Below are positions 1-10,252 of a stretch of 49,537 nt of DNA, piece by piece (position 1 is the first letter of the stretch; each line of letters starts with the position of its first letter). The translations under genes were made by a program, and so were the position numbers. Source of the stretch: Myxococcota bacterium (GTDB lineage Bacteria > Myxococcota > SpSt-1050); contig JBMFOP010000005.1 in the NCBI GenBank assembly GCA_049969675.1, positions 7,184-56,720 of the forward strand, given 5' to 3'. Under the pieces are notes generated by a model. It had not been told where the DNA came from. It did no database searches and saw only the letters and a list, made by a program, of their open reading frames with translations.

Positions 1-2544
1 GAGGGTGCGCCCTGTGACCCAGCCCTTAATAATTGTCCAAATGGGCAGTATTGCAGTGAAGAGGGGATATGTAGATATGGCAGTAAAGATATCAGTATTA
101 AACCAAGAGATGTCTCTGGAGCAGATGTATTGGATGCCTCAAAGGATGCTATTACAGATATAGGAGATGTTGAAGAGGTCAAGGATTATGTAGATGCGGC
201 AGTAGATATTGAAGATATTGAGTTTGATATTGAAGATGTAGAGTCTGACATAAGGGATGTTGAGGATGTGGTTGATATATTGAATGATATTGGTGATTCC
301 GGGGATGTATCAGATACAGAAGACATAATGGATATCTCTGATACTGGATGTGTTAATGTGTGTAGTGAGGGGCAGATACAATGTATAACAAACAATAGTT
401 TTAATGAGTGCAGGCAGAACCAACAGACCGGTTGTTATGAGTGGGATACTGTTGAGAAATTCTGCAATACTCCGCCGGCAAATTACTGTAAATCGGGGAA
501 TGAGTTAGTAGTTTATGAGCCGAATGGTATTTGCGAAAAAGACCATTGTAAATATAATTCAAAGATTATAACCTGTAAAAATGGTTGTGAAAATGGTGAG
601 TGTAAGAATTGTATACCTGATTGTAGTGGGAAGGAGTGTGGGGATGATGGGTGTGGAGGGAGTTGTGGGAGTTGTGGGAACAATGCATATTGTAATTCTG
701 ACAGATGTAATTGCTATGATGGATTTGGAAATTGCAATAGTAGTTGGGCTGATGGGTGTGAGATTGACCTGAAGACAGATGTTGATAACTGTGGATATTG
801 TAGTAATGTATGTAAAGTAGTAGCAAATGGAGAGAGGGAATGCTTGAATAAGACATGTAGAATCAAGACCTGTTATTTCCCTTATGGTGATTGTGATAAT
901 ATTTATCAAAATGGCTGTGAGACCTCTCTGACAACAGTAGATAGATGTGGTGATTGCAATAATGACTGCACAAAACTTGGTTGGGCAAATGTGCAGGAAT
1001 ATAAATGTGATTCTGGATTTTATAGATACTTTTGTAATATAAGTATGTGTGAAGTCAATTGGGCAAACTGCGATGACATACTTAACACTGGCTGTGAAGC
1101 CAACCTTACAACCGATAAAAATAATTGTGGGAGTTGTGGGAAATTCTGTGATGAAAATAAAATGCATGTAAATAGTGCTTTTTGTAGTAATGGTAATTGT
1201 GATTATGACTATTGTAAAATCAGCTGGGAGGACCAGAATTTTTCACGCTCAGATGGATGTGAATCCTATAATTACTTCCCCAAGACCTATGGTACTAATA
1301 GTGGTGAAGAGGCAACATCAATAATTCCGGTTGATGATGGGTATCTAATAGTTGGAAATTCAAATAATTCCATATTGATTATCAGAGTGGATTTAAATGG
1401 TAATATTAGGTGGTCAAAGTTGTATAATAATGATGTTTCTCTCGGATATTCTTTCTTTGCAAATTCTGCCATACTTGAGCCAGGGCCAAATATAACTCCA
1501 CCGTCTTACATTATTGCAGGTTCAGTAAAATATCCTTCAGGTGATAATGACCTGATAGTATTCAAAATAAATGATAATGGGGATGTAAAATGGACCTTCA
1601 TATATACATCTCAAGACAATGATGTAGCCACATCCATATTGAAGATAAGTGATGGATATCTTGTATTGGGCAGGAATATAAGTTATATCGGGAGTAATAT
1701 AAATGCACTTGTTATAAAGTTGGATTCTAATGGAAAATCTAAATGGGGATATATCTACGATATGGATAGTCAGTCTCAAGATATCGCCTCGGAGAATATC
1801 TTTTCTGCCATTGACTATGGGAGTGGATATTTAATAACTGGCTCAACTGAAATTAATAAGAATAGTGATGTATTGCTGATGGGTATTGAGTATAATGGTG
1901 ATTTTGATAATGCAATAAGAATCGGCACTGCTAATCAAGAGTATGGGAAGGCAATAAATTCTATTTCTGATGGGTATATAATATCTGGTTTTCTGCTGGA
2001 TGCAAATAGGAAAGAAGATGTAATATTTATGAAGTTAGATAAATCTTTAAACTCTGTCAGTGGATACACATATGGTAATAGTAATAGCAACCTGTTAATC
2101 AATATGACTAAGTTAACTGACAATAGTGGATTTGTCCTTGCCGGACAGACAGCGACTGACATTAATTCTTATGATGCATTCCTGATGAAAGTGGATAATT
2201 ATGGTACGATTATATGGCAGAAAGGGTATGGTGGCTCTAACTGGGATATGTTTAATAATGTAGCATATACACCATTTGATAGTGGATATATTGCACTTGG
2301 CAAGAGCATATCCTTCACATCTTCATATGACCTCTGGGCGGTTAAGACTGATTCTAATGGAGGTGTATCTGGTACTTGTCCACCCGCCATTCCATATACC
2401 CTAAATTTTTATTCTGCTAAATTTTACCCACAAATTATTAGTTATAAGATGAAAACTAAAGGCATTACTTTTGTGCCGGGAGTACTTAATATTATTGCCA
2501 GTGATGTTAAACTTGATTCTAATATGCAATGTAGCGCCCCATAG
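1..2544 (+). CDS. Cys-rich secreted/surface protein with C-terminal beta-propeller-like repeats (5'-truncated by window edge)
   Basis: Frame is open from base 1 (EGAPCDPALNNCPNGQYCSEEGIC...), so the true start is upstream of the ORF-track start at 130. Asp-rich linker (DVEDVVDI), repeated DGCE...NCGxC modules, then KTYG/GYxxxG/W repeats typical of propeller blades. Confidence 0.7.
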   Translation, partial: EGAPCDPALNNCPNGQYCSEEGICRYGSKDISIKPRDVSGADVLDASKDAITDIGDVEEVKDYVDAAVDIEDIEFDIEDVESDIRDVEDVVDILNDIGDSGDVSDTEDIMDISDTGCVNVCSEGQIQCITNNSFNECRQNQQTGCYEWDTVEKFCNTPPANYCKSGNELVVYEPNGICEKDHCKYNSKIITCKNGCENGECKNCIPDCSGKECGDDGCGGSCGSCGNNAYCNSDRCNCYDGFGNCNSSWADGCEIDLKTDVDNCGYCSNVCKVVANGERECLNKTCRIKTCYFPYGDCDNIYQNGCETSLTTVDRCGDCNNDCTKLGWANVQEYKCDSGFYRYFCNISMCEVNWANCDDILNTGCEANLTTDKNNCGSCGKFCDENKMHVNSAFCSNGNCDYDYCKISWEDQNFSRSDGCESYNYFPKTYGTNSGEEATSIIPVDDGYLIVGNSNNSILIIRVDLNGNIRWSKLYNNDVSLGYSFFANSAILEPGPNITPPSYIIAGSVKYPSGDNDLIVFKINDNGDVKWTFIYTSQDNDVATSILKISDGYLVLGRNISYIGSNINALVIKLDSNGKSKWGYIYDMDSQSQDIASENIFSAIDYGSGYLITGSTEINKNSDVLLMGIEYNGDFDNAIRIGTANQEYGKAINSISDGYIISGFLLDANRKEDVIFMKLDKSLNSVSGYTYGNSNSNLLINMTKLTDNSGFVLAGQTATDINSYDAFLMKVDNYGTIIWQKGYGGSNWDMFNNVAYTPFDSGYIALGKSISFTSSYDLWAVKTDSNGGVSGTCPPAIPYTLNFYSAKFYPQIISYKMKTKGITFVPGVLNIIASDVKLDSNMQCSAP

Positions 2545-2655
2545 TAAAGGTTATCTCTTCTGGCAATTGTTTTATAAATCTTTTACCTGCATTTAATAAA
2601 CACCAATGAAGGTGTGGTGTAAATATGTTCCCTATTCTAATACTTTTATTTTAAT

Positions 2656-2688
2656 CTTCTTAAAGCAGATTATTCTGAACAGCAGTGA
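2656..2688 (-). repeat. Dispersed intergenic repeat, type A end
   Basis: cttcttaaagcagattattctgaacagcagtga matches 41138-41170 and the reverse complements of copies at 28721, 28918 and 31026. Confidence 0.7.
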
Positions 2689-2954
2689 TACTGCAAATTT
2701 TTTTTATTGAGGCCTTATTCACAAAAATAAGATTTTGGGCAGAGGCTGAATCTGGTGACTTAATCTGGCAGAAAATATGAAATGTTGATTCCATTTTAAA
2801 AATAAGATTTAGAACTTACTTTATAATGAATCAGATTTAGACTTTTGTTTCTAGGAACTATTGAAGAGAACTTTTTTGGACAGAAGTAAAAAAACTATTT
2901 ACATATTTACACTTTGATATTATAAAATTATACGAGGATTTGTGGAGAGTTATT

Positions 2955-3167
2955 ATGCCCAAATTTAGACTGATTGTCAATGATAGAGAAATGGAATTTG
3001 AATCAGATGAGTTAAGCATCTCTTTATTACTTGAGCATTTAAATATTGAAAATACAGGAATAGCAATATGTGTCAATGGAAATGTGGTGCGTAAAAGGGA
3101 TTTCTCTAACTATATATTGAAAGAAGGGGATAGGGTAGATATTATAACTATGGTGGGAGGTGGTTGA
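2955..3167 (+). CDS. thiS: Sulfur carrier protein ThiS
   Basis: Ubiquitin-like size, VNG motifs, C-terminal VGGG; ATG at 2955 after GGAG; TGATG overlap with thiG. Confidence 0.93.
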   Translation: MPKFRLIVNDREMEFESDELSISLLLEHLNIENTGIAICVNGNVVRKRDFSNYILKEGDRVDIITMVGGG

Positions 3168-3937
3168 TGGATAAGCCATTAAAGATTGCCGATAAAGAAT
3201 TTAAATCAAGACTCTTAATTGGGACGGGGAAGTTTGCATCCTCTGAACTTCTTAGGAAGGCAATTGAGGCATCCGGTTCTGAGATTGTTACAGTGGCAGT
3301 AAGAAGGGTAGATATAGAAAATAGGGAAGAGCCAATACTCAAGGCTATTGACCGATCAAAATATCTGCTTCTGCCCAATACAAGCGGGGCTCGGGATGCA
3401 AAGGAGGCTCTAAAGGTAGCACAGATTGCACGGGAGGTACTTGAGACCAACTGGATAAAGCTTGAGGTCACACCAGAGCCAAGGACCCTTCTACCAGACC
3501 CTGTTGAGACATATCTGGCGGCAAAGATGATGATTGAAGATGGTTTTGTAGTTCTGCCGTATATTCCAGCTGACCCCATTCTTGCAAAGAGACTTGAAGA
3601 TCTGGGCTGTGCAACGGTGATGCCGCTTGGCTCTCCGATAGGTTCAAATAGAGGTATCAGAACCGAAGATGCTATAAGGATAATTATTGAAAATTCAAAT
3701 GTCCCGGTTGTGGTAGATGCTGGAATCGGGGCACCATCACATGCGGCTTTTGCAATGGAGATGGGTGCCGATGCGGTGCTTGTGAATACCTGTATCGCAA
3801 CAGCAAAGGACCCAATTCTTATGGCGGAGGCGATAAAAGAGGCAGTAATATCTGGAAGAAAGGGGTATCTATCAGGTATACCTCCTCAGAGCATTTATGC
3901 AAGGGCATCCAGTCCACTCAAAGGGAGAATATTCTGA
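3167..3937 (+). CDS. thiG: Thiazole synthase
   Basis: SRLLIGTGK, LPNTSG, WIKLEV, MPLGSPIGSNRG, VDAGIG and ASSP motifs. Confidence 0.97.
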   Translation: MDKPLKIADKEFKSRLLIGTGKFASSELLRKAIEASGSEIVTVAVRRVDIENREEPILKAIDRSKYLLLPNTSGARDAKEALKVAQIAREVLETNWIKLEVTPEPRTLLPDPVETYLAAKMMIEDGFVVLPYIPADPILAKRLEDLGCATVMPLGSPIGSNRGIRTEDAIRIIIENSNVPVVVDAGIGAPSHAAFAMEMGADAVLVNTCIATAKDPILMAEAIKEAVISGRKGYLSGIPPQSIYARASSPLKGRIF

Positions 3938-3943
3938 GAAAAT

Positions 3944-5071
3944 ATGGATTTTTACGATATCATAAAGGATGTTGATAAGTCTGCATTCTATAATCAGATT
4001 GAATCGGCGACAGAGGATGATATTGAATTTGCCTTTAACAAGGATTCATTATCTATATCTGATATCCCTGTACTGCTCTCAAAGAAGGCAGAGTCATATA
4101 TAGATCTCCTTAAAGGGCGTGCACTCAGTATAACAAGGCAGAGATTTGGGAATAATATTCTGCTTTACGCCCCTCTCTATTTGAGTAGTGAGTGTGTAAA
4201 TGATTGTGAATACTGTGGTTACAGGATTTCAAAGAATAATAAGAAAAAGACTCTCACTCTTGATGAGGTAATGGCTGAGGCGGAGAAGCTATATAATATG
4301 GGATTTAAACATATCCTTCTGGTCGCCGGAGAGGATAGAAGGGCAGTAAGTACGGAGTATTTACGAGATATTATATCATCGCTTTCAAAGAAGTTCCCTT
4401 CTGTGAGTATTGAAGTTGGTCCTCAGACAGAGGAGGAGTATAGATTATTGGTTGAAAGCGGGCTTGATGGATTGACAATATATCAGGAGACTTATGAAGA
4501 GGATGTTTATAAAAGATATCATAAAAAAGGTCCCAAATCAGATTATTATAGAAGGCTCATTACCCCAGAATTAGGACTTAAGGCGGGGATAAGAAGGGCT
4601 GGCATTGGTTCACTTATGGGATTAAATGATTTTAGATTTGAGTTGTATCTTATTTCATTACATCTGGATTATCTTATGAGGAGATACTGGAAGGCGTTCT
4701 ATACTGTCTCCTTCCCACGAATTAGAAGGAGTGTGGCTGATTTTAAAGTCCCTCATCCTGTTAGTGATGATGAGTTAATCCTTGCAATATGTATTTTGCG
4801 AAATATATTTCCTGATGTAGGATTGGTCCTCTCTACCCGTGAGCCCCCTCAGTTGAGAGATAGTCTGATAGGTGTTGGGATTACCCAGATGAGCGCCGGT
4901 TCAAAGACAAATCCCGGTGGTTATAGTCTGAATCTCAGCACCGAAAATCAGTTTGATATAGAAGATACAAGAGACCTCAAATCAGTAATGGAGGTAATAA
5001 GAGCAGGCGGTTATGAGGCGGTATTAAAAGATTGGGATAGAGCATTTCTTGGAGTAAGAAGAGATGAATAA
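3944..5071 (+). CDS. thiH: 2-iminoacetate synthase (radical SAM tyrosine lyase)
   Basis: YAPLYLS-CVNDCEYC, YQETY, SFPR, STRE, SAGSKTNPGGY and KDWD motifs; located in thi operon. Confidence 0.93.
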   Translation: MDFYDIIKDVDKSAFYNQIESATEDDIEFAFNKDSLSISDIPVLLSKKAESYIDLLKGRALSITRQRFGNNILLYAPLYLSSECVNDCEYCGYRISKNNKKKTLTLDEVMAEAEKLYNMGFKHILLVAGEDRRAVSTEYLRDIISSLSKKFPSVSIEVGPQTEEEYRLLVESGLDGLTIYQETYEEDVYKRYHKKGPKSDYYRRLITPELGLKAGIRRAGIGSLMGLNDFRFELYLISLHLDYLMRRYWKAFYTVSFPRIRRSVADFKVPHPVSDDELILAICILRNIFPDVGLVLSTREPPQLRDSLIGVGITQMSAGSKTNPGGYSLNLSTENQFDIEDTRDLKSVMEVIRAGGYEAVLKDWDRAFLGVRRDE

Positions 5072-5717
5072 GAGGGAGAAGATTGAGATTTTCAGTAATT
5101 CATTACTTTATCCGGTGACATCTGAGGAGCATTCAAAGGGTAGGACAGATGAAGAGGTAGTAAGGGCAATTGCATCAGGTGGGGCAAAGGTCCTTCAATT
5201 TAGAGATAAACTCTCAAATAAGCGAAGATTCTTTGAGAAGGCAAAGAGGATAAGAGAGATTACAGATGAGTTCGGAATCTTACTTATCATAAATGACCAC
5301 CTTGATGTCGCGCTTGCAGTGGGTGCCGATGGGGTGCACCTCGGTCTGGAAGATCTACCGATTTCAGTCGCAAGGACGCTTGCCCCCGAACTTATTATAG
5401 GTGCATCAACGCACAACAGAGAGGAGATTATAAGGGCTCAGGAGGAAGGGGCAGATTATATTAATATAGGCCCAATCTTTGAGACCAATACCCATAAAGG
5501 GCACACACACTTTCTTGGATTAAATGGGCTTATAGAATTAAAGAAGTATGCAAAAGTTCCATTTTCAGTTATGGGAGGGATAAAATATACTCATATACCA
5601 GAGCTTGTAAAGGCAGGTGCCAGAATAATCGCAATGGTCACTGAAATCACCGAATCAGACGATATAAGCAATAAAGTCAGAGAACTAATAAATATCATTA
5701 AAAACAGCAATTGTTAA
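5064..5717 (+). CDS. thiE: Thiamine-phosphate synthase
   Basis: QFRDK, IINDHLDVA, GVHLG, GASTH, DYINIGPIF motifs. Confidence 0.93.
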   Translation: MNKREKIEIFSNSLLYPVTSEEHSKGRTDEEVVRAIASGGAKVLQFRDKLSNKRRFFEKAKRIREITDEFGILLIINDHLDVALAVGADGVHLGLEDLPISVARTLAPELIIGASTHNREEIIRAQEEGADYINIGPIFETNTHKGHTHFLGLNGLIELKKYAKVPFSVMGGIKYTHIPELVKAGARIIAMVTEITESDDISNKVRELINIIKNSNC

Positions 5718-5756
5718 CATATCTGTCCAGCATCACATCTGTCCAAAGTAATTTTT
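5718..5756 (+). repeat. Dispersed intergenic repeat, type B end (partially duplicated)
   Basis: catatctgtcca followed by cacatctgtccaaagtaattttt; matches reverse complement of 29200-29223 and 40458-40478. Confidence 0.65.
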
Positions 5757-5784
5757 AGTGAAAGACAGTACGAGGCTTTGCTCT

Positions 5785-5900
5785 GCTCCGCCATTTCGGC
5801 TATCGCCAATTAGGTTTTGATGTTAATTTTGTGTGTGTGATGCCTTCGGCATAATCACAAAAGAATCATCCTGCCTCACGCTGTTCGGCAGATGATTCGC
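5785..5900. repeat. GC-rich REP-like hairpin cluster
   Basis: Hairpins tgtga-tgcc-ttc-ggca-taa-tcaca and gaatcat-c-ctgcc...ggcag-atgattc within an AT-rich intergenic region. Confidence 0.5.
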
Positions 5901-6069
5901 ACTGCATAAATTTTGTGAAATAGTCCATAGATGATAATCAGTTTTTATCATTCTGTTTGTTATCTATAATTAACAGACTTTATTCTCATTAACATAAATG
6001 TTTAATTGCATTCAATTAAAAAAGTTGTTATATAGATTTTGTTTATTAACTCTGAAGGAGGTTATGAGA

Positions 6070-6894
6070 ATGAAGAAGAGTCTCTTATTGATTCTAATCC
6101 TTGATCTTATTCTCCTGGGTAATCTCTTTGGGAAGGAGATTGTGCTCAACGACCCGGTGGGTGATGACAATGGCCCCGGCACTTACATCTATCCAACTGA
6201 CCCGGTCTATAAGAAGGGCTCGTTTGATATGACCAAACTGGAGGTAAAGGAGAGTGGTGATGATATTGAATTTAAACTTACTCTCAATGCAAAGATTGAA
6301 GACCCGTGGAATTCTAAGAGCTGGCCTCAGGGTGGAAATGGATTCTCCATTCAGATGGCATTTGTTTTTATTGATACTGACCATAAGGAAGGTTCGGGAG
6401 AGGAAGATGGGCTTCCGGGATTAAATATCAAATTTGAGAAAGAATCGTTCTGGGAGAGGTGTGTAATAATATCCCCACAGAGCAAATCCAGATTAAACGA
6501 TGAGATAAAGCAGAAGGCCGAGAAGTTCAAGAATAAGATTGTAATCCCTAAGAAGACATTTGTTCAGGGGAGGAGTCTGGTAGCAGTAGTATCTAAGAAG
6601 GAACTTGGGGAGAATATGGAGAAGTGGGGATATCAGGTGGTAATGCAGAGCAATGAAGGGTATCCGGATAAGAAGGATTTTCTGACCAGAAAGGTAAATG
6701 AATATGAGGGTCCACACAGATTTGGTGGAGGCTCTGATTATGATTGTGACCCGCATGTAATTGATATCTTTGTTGCACCAGCAAATGGTGGCAAGGAGGA
6801 GATAGATAAGCAGCACGAAATCCTAAAGAAATATAAATGTGACACTGACCCTTCAAAGTGGGAGATCGTGAGAATTCCAATGGTCTATAAATAA
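6070..6894 (+). CDS. Secreted glucodextranase C-terminal DOMON-like carbohydrate-binding protein
   Basis: Signal peptide, then DPVGDDNGPGTYIYPT...GSFD and PWN...GFS-Q motifs of the glucodextranase/amylopullulanase DOMON-like domain. AGGAGG lies 8 nt before ATG 6070. Confidence 0.8.
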   Translation: MKKSLLLILILDLILLGNLFGKEIVLNDPVGDDNGPGTYIYPTDPVYKKGSFDMTKLEVKESGDDIEFKLTLNAKIEDPWNSKSWPQGGNGFSIQMAFVFIDTDHKEGSGEEDGLPGLNIKFEKESFWERCVIISPQSKSRLNDEIKQKAEKFKNKIVIPKKTFVQGRSLVAVVSKKELGENMEKWGYQVVMQSNEGYPDKKDFLTRKVNEYEGPHRFGGGSDYDCDPHVIDIFVAPANGGKEEIDKQHEILKKYKCDTDPSKWEIVRIPMVYK

Positions 6895-6909
6895 ATCAGG
6901 GAAAAGGAT

Positions 6910-8832
6910 ATGATGAAACTGATAACCTTTTTGTCAATAATCTTCACTCTTTTAGTAAGCCCATTATTTGCCGATACATCCAATTTTGAGCTCTCAGGGA
7001 AGATATATAATAAGTGGCTCTATCGCAATAATGATTCACAGGGAGTTCTAACGCTCGGCAATCCGTTCTGGCCCAAAGAGGGTATAAGTGGGGATAATGG
7101 GGCTGGTTCTGAATTTGAATTGAATATTAAAGGGAATGTCTCACAATATGTGCTTGCCACTGTAAGACTTGAGAGTAGATTCGGCTCTATCTGGCAGGAT
7201 TGGTGGGAGAATGGGGATATTAAATATGATAGCCCCAACACCTCCGGTGAATCGCTCGGGATGAACCATGCAGAATATATAAAGCTCAGAGGCTACAATA
7301 TCAGGATGGCGCCACCGATACCTTATGTCACCTCTGTTAGTGTGGGCTCCTCTGATTTCTCAATGTTTAATGCCTATACCATTGGAAAGTCCCGCTATAT
7401 AGATAGAGATAATGGGAAGGGGATATTCGTTGAAGGCTCAGATAAGAATAGGGATTTTGAGTATGTGCTTGGAGTGATAGCACTTCCGAAACTCTATGTG
7501 GGACCGGGCTGGTCAACCGGTATTGGAGACCCTATACTTACCAATCCATTTTATTCAAATGACTATGCCTATGCAGTAAAACTCAAATCTAATTTTACAG
7601 AGAGGCTAAATATTACTGGAATTGTAAGCCTTATAAATGATATTGAGGCGAATCTTCTTGACCCTGATGCGATTGGTGCCAGATATCCCGATTGTAAGGA
7701 TGAACTCGGTAACCCTATTGAGGGATGTGAAAAGGACCATTCTGTCTCAATGGATTATCGTTATAGAAATTTAAATGCAACACTTGAGACCCAATATGAT
7801 ATCACTGATAAGATTTCATTGAATCTGCTAATAGGGTATTCCCTCTCTGCTATTAACACAAAATATGCAACCAATGGGGTAAAAGAGTCTCAGGGTATGT
7901 TTCCCATGATATATTCATCTGACCCTGTGAGCGATGCGGTTGAGAAGTTTCTCTTTGAGATTGTCCCATTTGATGATATAAACTACCAGTTGAAGATTGA
8001 ACTCTTCAACTTCGGTGAGAACTGGACCGCCACTTTTGGAACCAGAAGGGAGGCAGATGTACTGATTACAGATGGTTTCCTTGATGGTGGACAACTCCCA
8101 ACCCTCAATATCGCCAATGAGTTTATTGACTTTGATGAGCCATTTTATGAATCCTGTATTGGGTGGAGAGGTGTGACATTACTGAATAATCTAAACAGCG
8201 GCGATTTTATGTTCTCATTGGAATATACACTTCTGACATACAATACAAATAGACAGAACAGGGATATTGATAATACCTATCCGAATTTTACATATTCAGA
8301 GGGATATACTGATACAGACTTTTATGATTACTCCAACACACTTGATAGAGGGCGGGACCCGAGGTCAGTCTATAAGAGAAATCAGGATAGGCTGACAAAT
8401 TTGTTTGTCTTTCAGACTAAATATACACCCTCTTATCTCTCAAGGTTCGGTTTGATACTCAAGACTAAATTTATTCTGGATAATGATGGGCGAAAAAAGG
8501 ATACAGAGGATGATAATTATGAGGGGAAGATCCTTACATTGAGGGTAATGGCAGAATATCAATTTAATGACGAATTCAAGGCTGGGGTTGGTTATCAATA
8601 TGACAACTGGGATGAGAAGAACAGATCCAGCGACCCCACAGAGACCATCTATTATGACTATGTCACTGTAAAGCATAAGCCATTTCTCACCCTCTCCTAT
8701 GTGTTTGGCGGTGCCTACATCAAATATTATCTTGAGTATATTGATAAAAATCAGAATAGGGGAGAGCAGACTCCACACGAAAATATATTCAAAGTAATAA
8801 GGTCCAAGGCTACTATGGAGGTGGTATGGTGA
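6910..8832 (+). CDS. Putative outer-membrane beta-barrel protein
   Basis: Signal peptide (LFA-D), alternating amphipathic strands, aromatic-rich, C-terminal W (KATMEVVW). Confidence 0.55.
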   Translation: MMKLITFLSIIFTLLVSPLFADTSNFELSGKIYNKWLYRNNDSQGVLTLGNPFWPKEGISGDNGAGSEFELNIKGNVSQYVLATVRLESRFGSIWQDWWENGDIKYDSPNTSGESLGMNHAEYIKLRGYNIRMAPPIPYVTSVSVGSSDFSMFNAYTIGKSRYIDRDNGKGIFVEGSDKNRDFEYVLGVIALPKLYVGPGWSTGIGDPILTNPFYSNDYAYAVKLKSNFTERLNITGIVSLINDIEANLLDPDAIGARYPDCKDELGNPIEGCEKDHSVSMDYRYRNLNATLETQYDITDKISLNLLIGYSLSAINTKYATNGVKESQGMFPMIYSSDPVSDAVEKFLFEIVPFDDINYQLKIELFNFGENWTATFGTRREADVLITDGFLDGGQLPTLNIANEFIDFDEPFYESCIGWRGVTLLNNLNSGDFMFSLEYTLLTYNTNRQNRDIDNTYPNFTYSEGYTDTDFYDYSNTLDRGRDPRSVYKRNQDRLTNLFVFQTKYTPSYLSRFGLILKTKFILDNDGRKKDTEDDNYEGKILTLRVMAEYQFNDEFKAGVGYQYDNWDEKNRSSDPTETIYYDYVTVKHKPFLTLSYVFGGAYIKYYLEYIDKNQNRGEQTPHENIFKVIRSKATMEVVW

Positions 8833-10247
8833 AAAGACTATCTTTTTTATCCCTTTTCAGCCTTTGTGTGCTCTGTATAAGTCAGTGCGGAATTGAGCCA
8901 TTACTATTTAATGGCATCTCTTCAAATGTCCCTTCGGATCCAGGTAGTGTGGAAAACAGGTTTCTTGCAGGGGTGACCAATATCTTTACATCAGGGACTG
9001 CTGACCTTATTTCATCTACGGGTGAGAGTGTTGCAATCAAAACCGGAAATATTGAACAGGATGGCAAGTTTGTGATTGAGGTTAGTTCAAAGATAGACTT
9101 AAATAATGTAATTATATTGCTTAAGAGCGGGAATAGGGTTCTTCTGGATATATATCCAAGGCTTACAAGGGCTGATAGTATCGCTATGAGTAGAGATGAT
9201 GCCTTCAGGCTTAAGGTTGTTGATGGGCAGATAGATGAGAGGAGTACAGCATTTACAATTCTTGTTATAGAGAAGCTGAGAAAATCCTCTTCCTCTCTAT
9301 CTCAGGTCTCCTACTGCGCTGTGAAGAATGCAAGGGGTGAGGTCTATTCCAAGTTTGAATCAGATTCTGAATCTCATAAATTACTGACTATGGTGGCAAA
9401 GATAATAAGTAGCGGGAGTGAATCTGATGGTAATTATTTGATGTTTGATGTAGTCTCATACCTGAAGGATAGTTCAAGGAAAAGTATTTTGTCAGAAGAA
9501 TTCTTAAAAAATAATGAAGTGAATTACTCCGATGGTGATAATAAATCAGTACTGCCATTTGAGGAGCAGATTGAAAAGAGTGCATCCGAATTTGAATTTG
9601 TAGCAAAGTATGATGAGACAAGGCTCACCACAGTAATAACTGCAAATATAAATGAGGGGCTGCTGGATGGGAATGGCAATACAATTAATCCATTCAAATG
9701 GGCTACAAAGAAAGATGGTGCAAAGATGTATATTGCACTCGGGATTCATAAGGATTCTCCAATTCAGGATGAGAAGCTAAATCAGGAGGTGTTTAAGAAC
9801 TGGAAACCAAATGTGGTGCAGATGTATGATGATGGAACAAATGGAGATGAGATTGCAGGAGATAATATCTGGACCATATCGTTTGTCCTGCCGAAAGGGT
9901 TAAGGATTGGTTACAAATTTACTTATGGACTTGCAGGCGATATCTGGACTGGAACAGAGGAGTGGCCTGGCAATCAGAGACTTCTTGAGATTGTAGATGT
10001 AAATGGGGACCATTTTGTAACCAGATACGATTCGTTTGGAGATGAGACAACAAATAAGGATAAGGCAAATCAGCTTCTACCTTCTCGAGGTGGCACCGGC
10101 ACAGTGAACTGGGATACAGATGCGGACAAAGATGGAATCAAGGATGCACAGGAGAGACAGCAGGATTCAAAGGGCAACAAATTACCTATCTCAGGGTGGA
10201 AAGTCCCTTCAAAGGTCTTTCCAGCCACAATTGATGAATGCGAATAA
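8826..10247 (+). CDS. Lipoprotein with choice-of-anchor X-like C-terminal domain
   Basis: Lipobox-like ISQC; MYDDGTNGDEIAGDNIWT motif followed by YKFTYG. Confidence 0.6.
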   Translation: MVKRLSFLSLFSLCVLCISQCGIEPLLFNGISSNVPSDPGSVENRFLAGVTNIFTSGTADLISSTGESVAIKTGNIEQDGKFVIEVSSKIDLNNVIILLKSGNRVLLDIYPRLTRADSIAMSRDDAFRLKVVDGQIDERSTAFTILVIEKLRKSSSSLSQVSYCAVKNARGEVYSKFESDSESHKLLTMVAKIISSGSESDGNYLMFDVVSYLKDSSRKSILSEEFLKNNEVNYSDGDNKSVLPFEEQIEKSASEFEFVAKYDETRLTTVITANINEGLLDGNGNTINPFKWATKKDGAKMYIALGIHKDSPIQDEKLNQEVFKNWKPNVVQMYDDGTNGDEIAGDNIWTISFVLPKGLRIGYKFTYGLAGDIWTGTEEWPGNQRLLEIVDVNGDHFVTRYDSFGDETTNKDKANQLLPSRGGTGTVNWDTDADKDGIKDAQERQQDSKGNKLPISGWKVPSKVFPATIDECE

Positions 10248-10252
10248 ACAGA

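Noticed and set aside
2730..2775. TPP riboswitch upstream of thiS
   Set aside because: gctgaa...taatctggc resembles it only superficially; the conserved CTGAGA and AGGGA elements and supporting stems are absent.
5785..5900. Integron attC site or tRNA
   Set aside because: No RYYYAAC/GTTRRRY box pair enclosing the hairpins, no integrase, and no cloverleaf or T-loop consensus.
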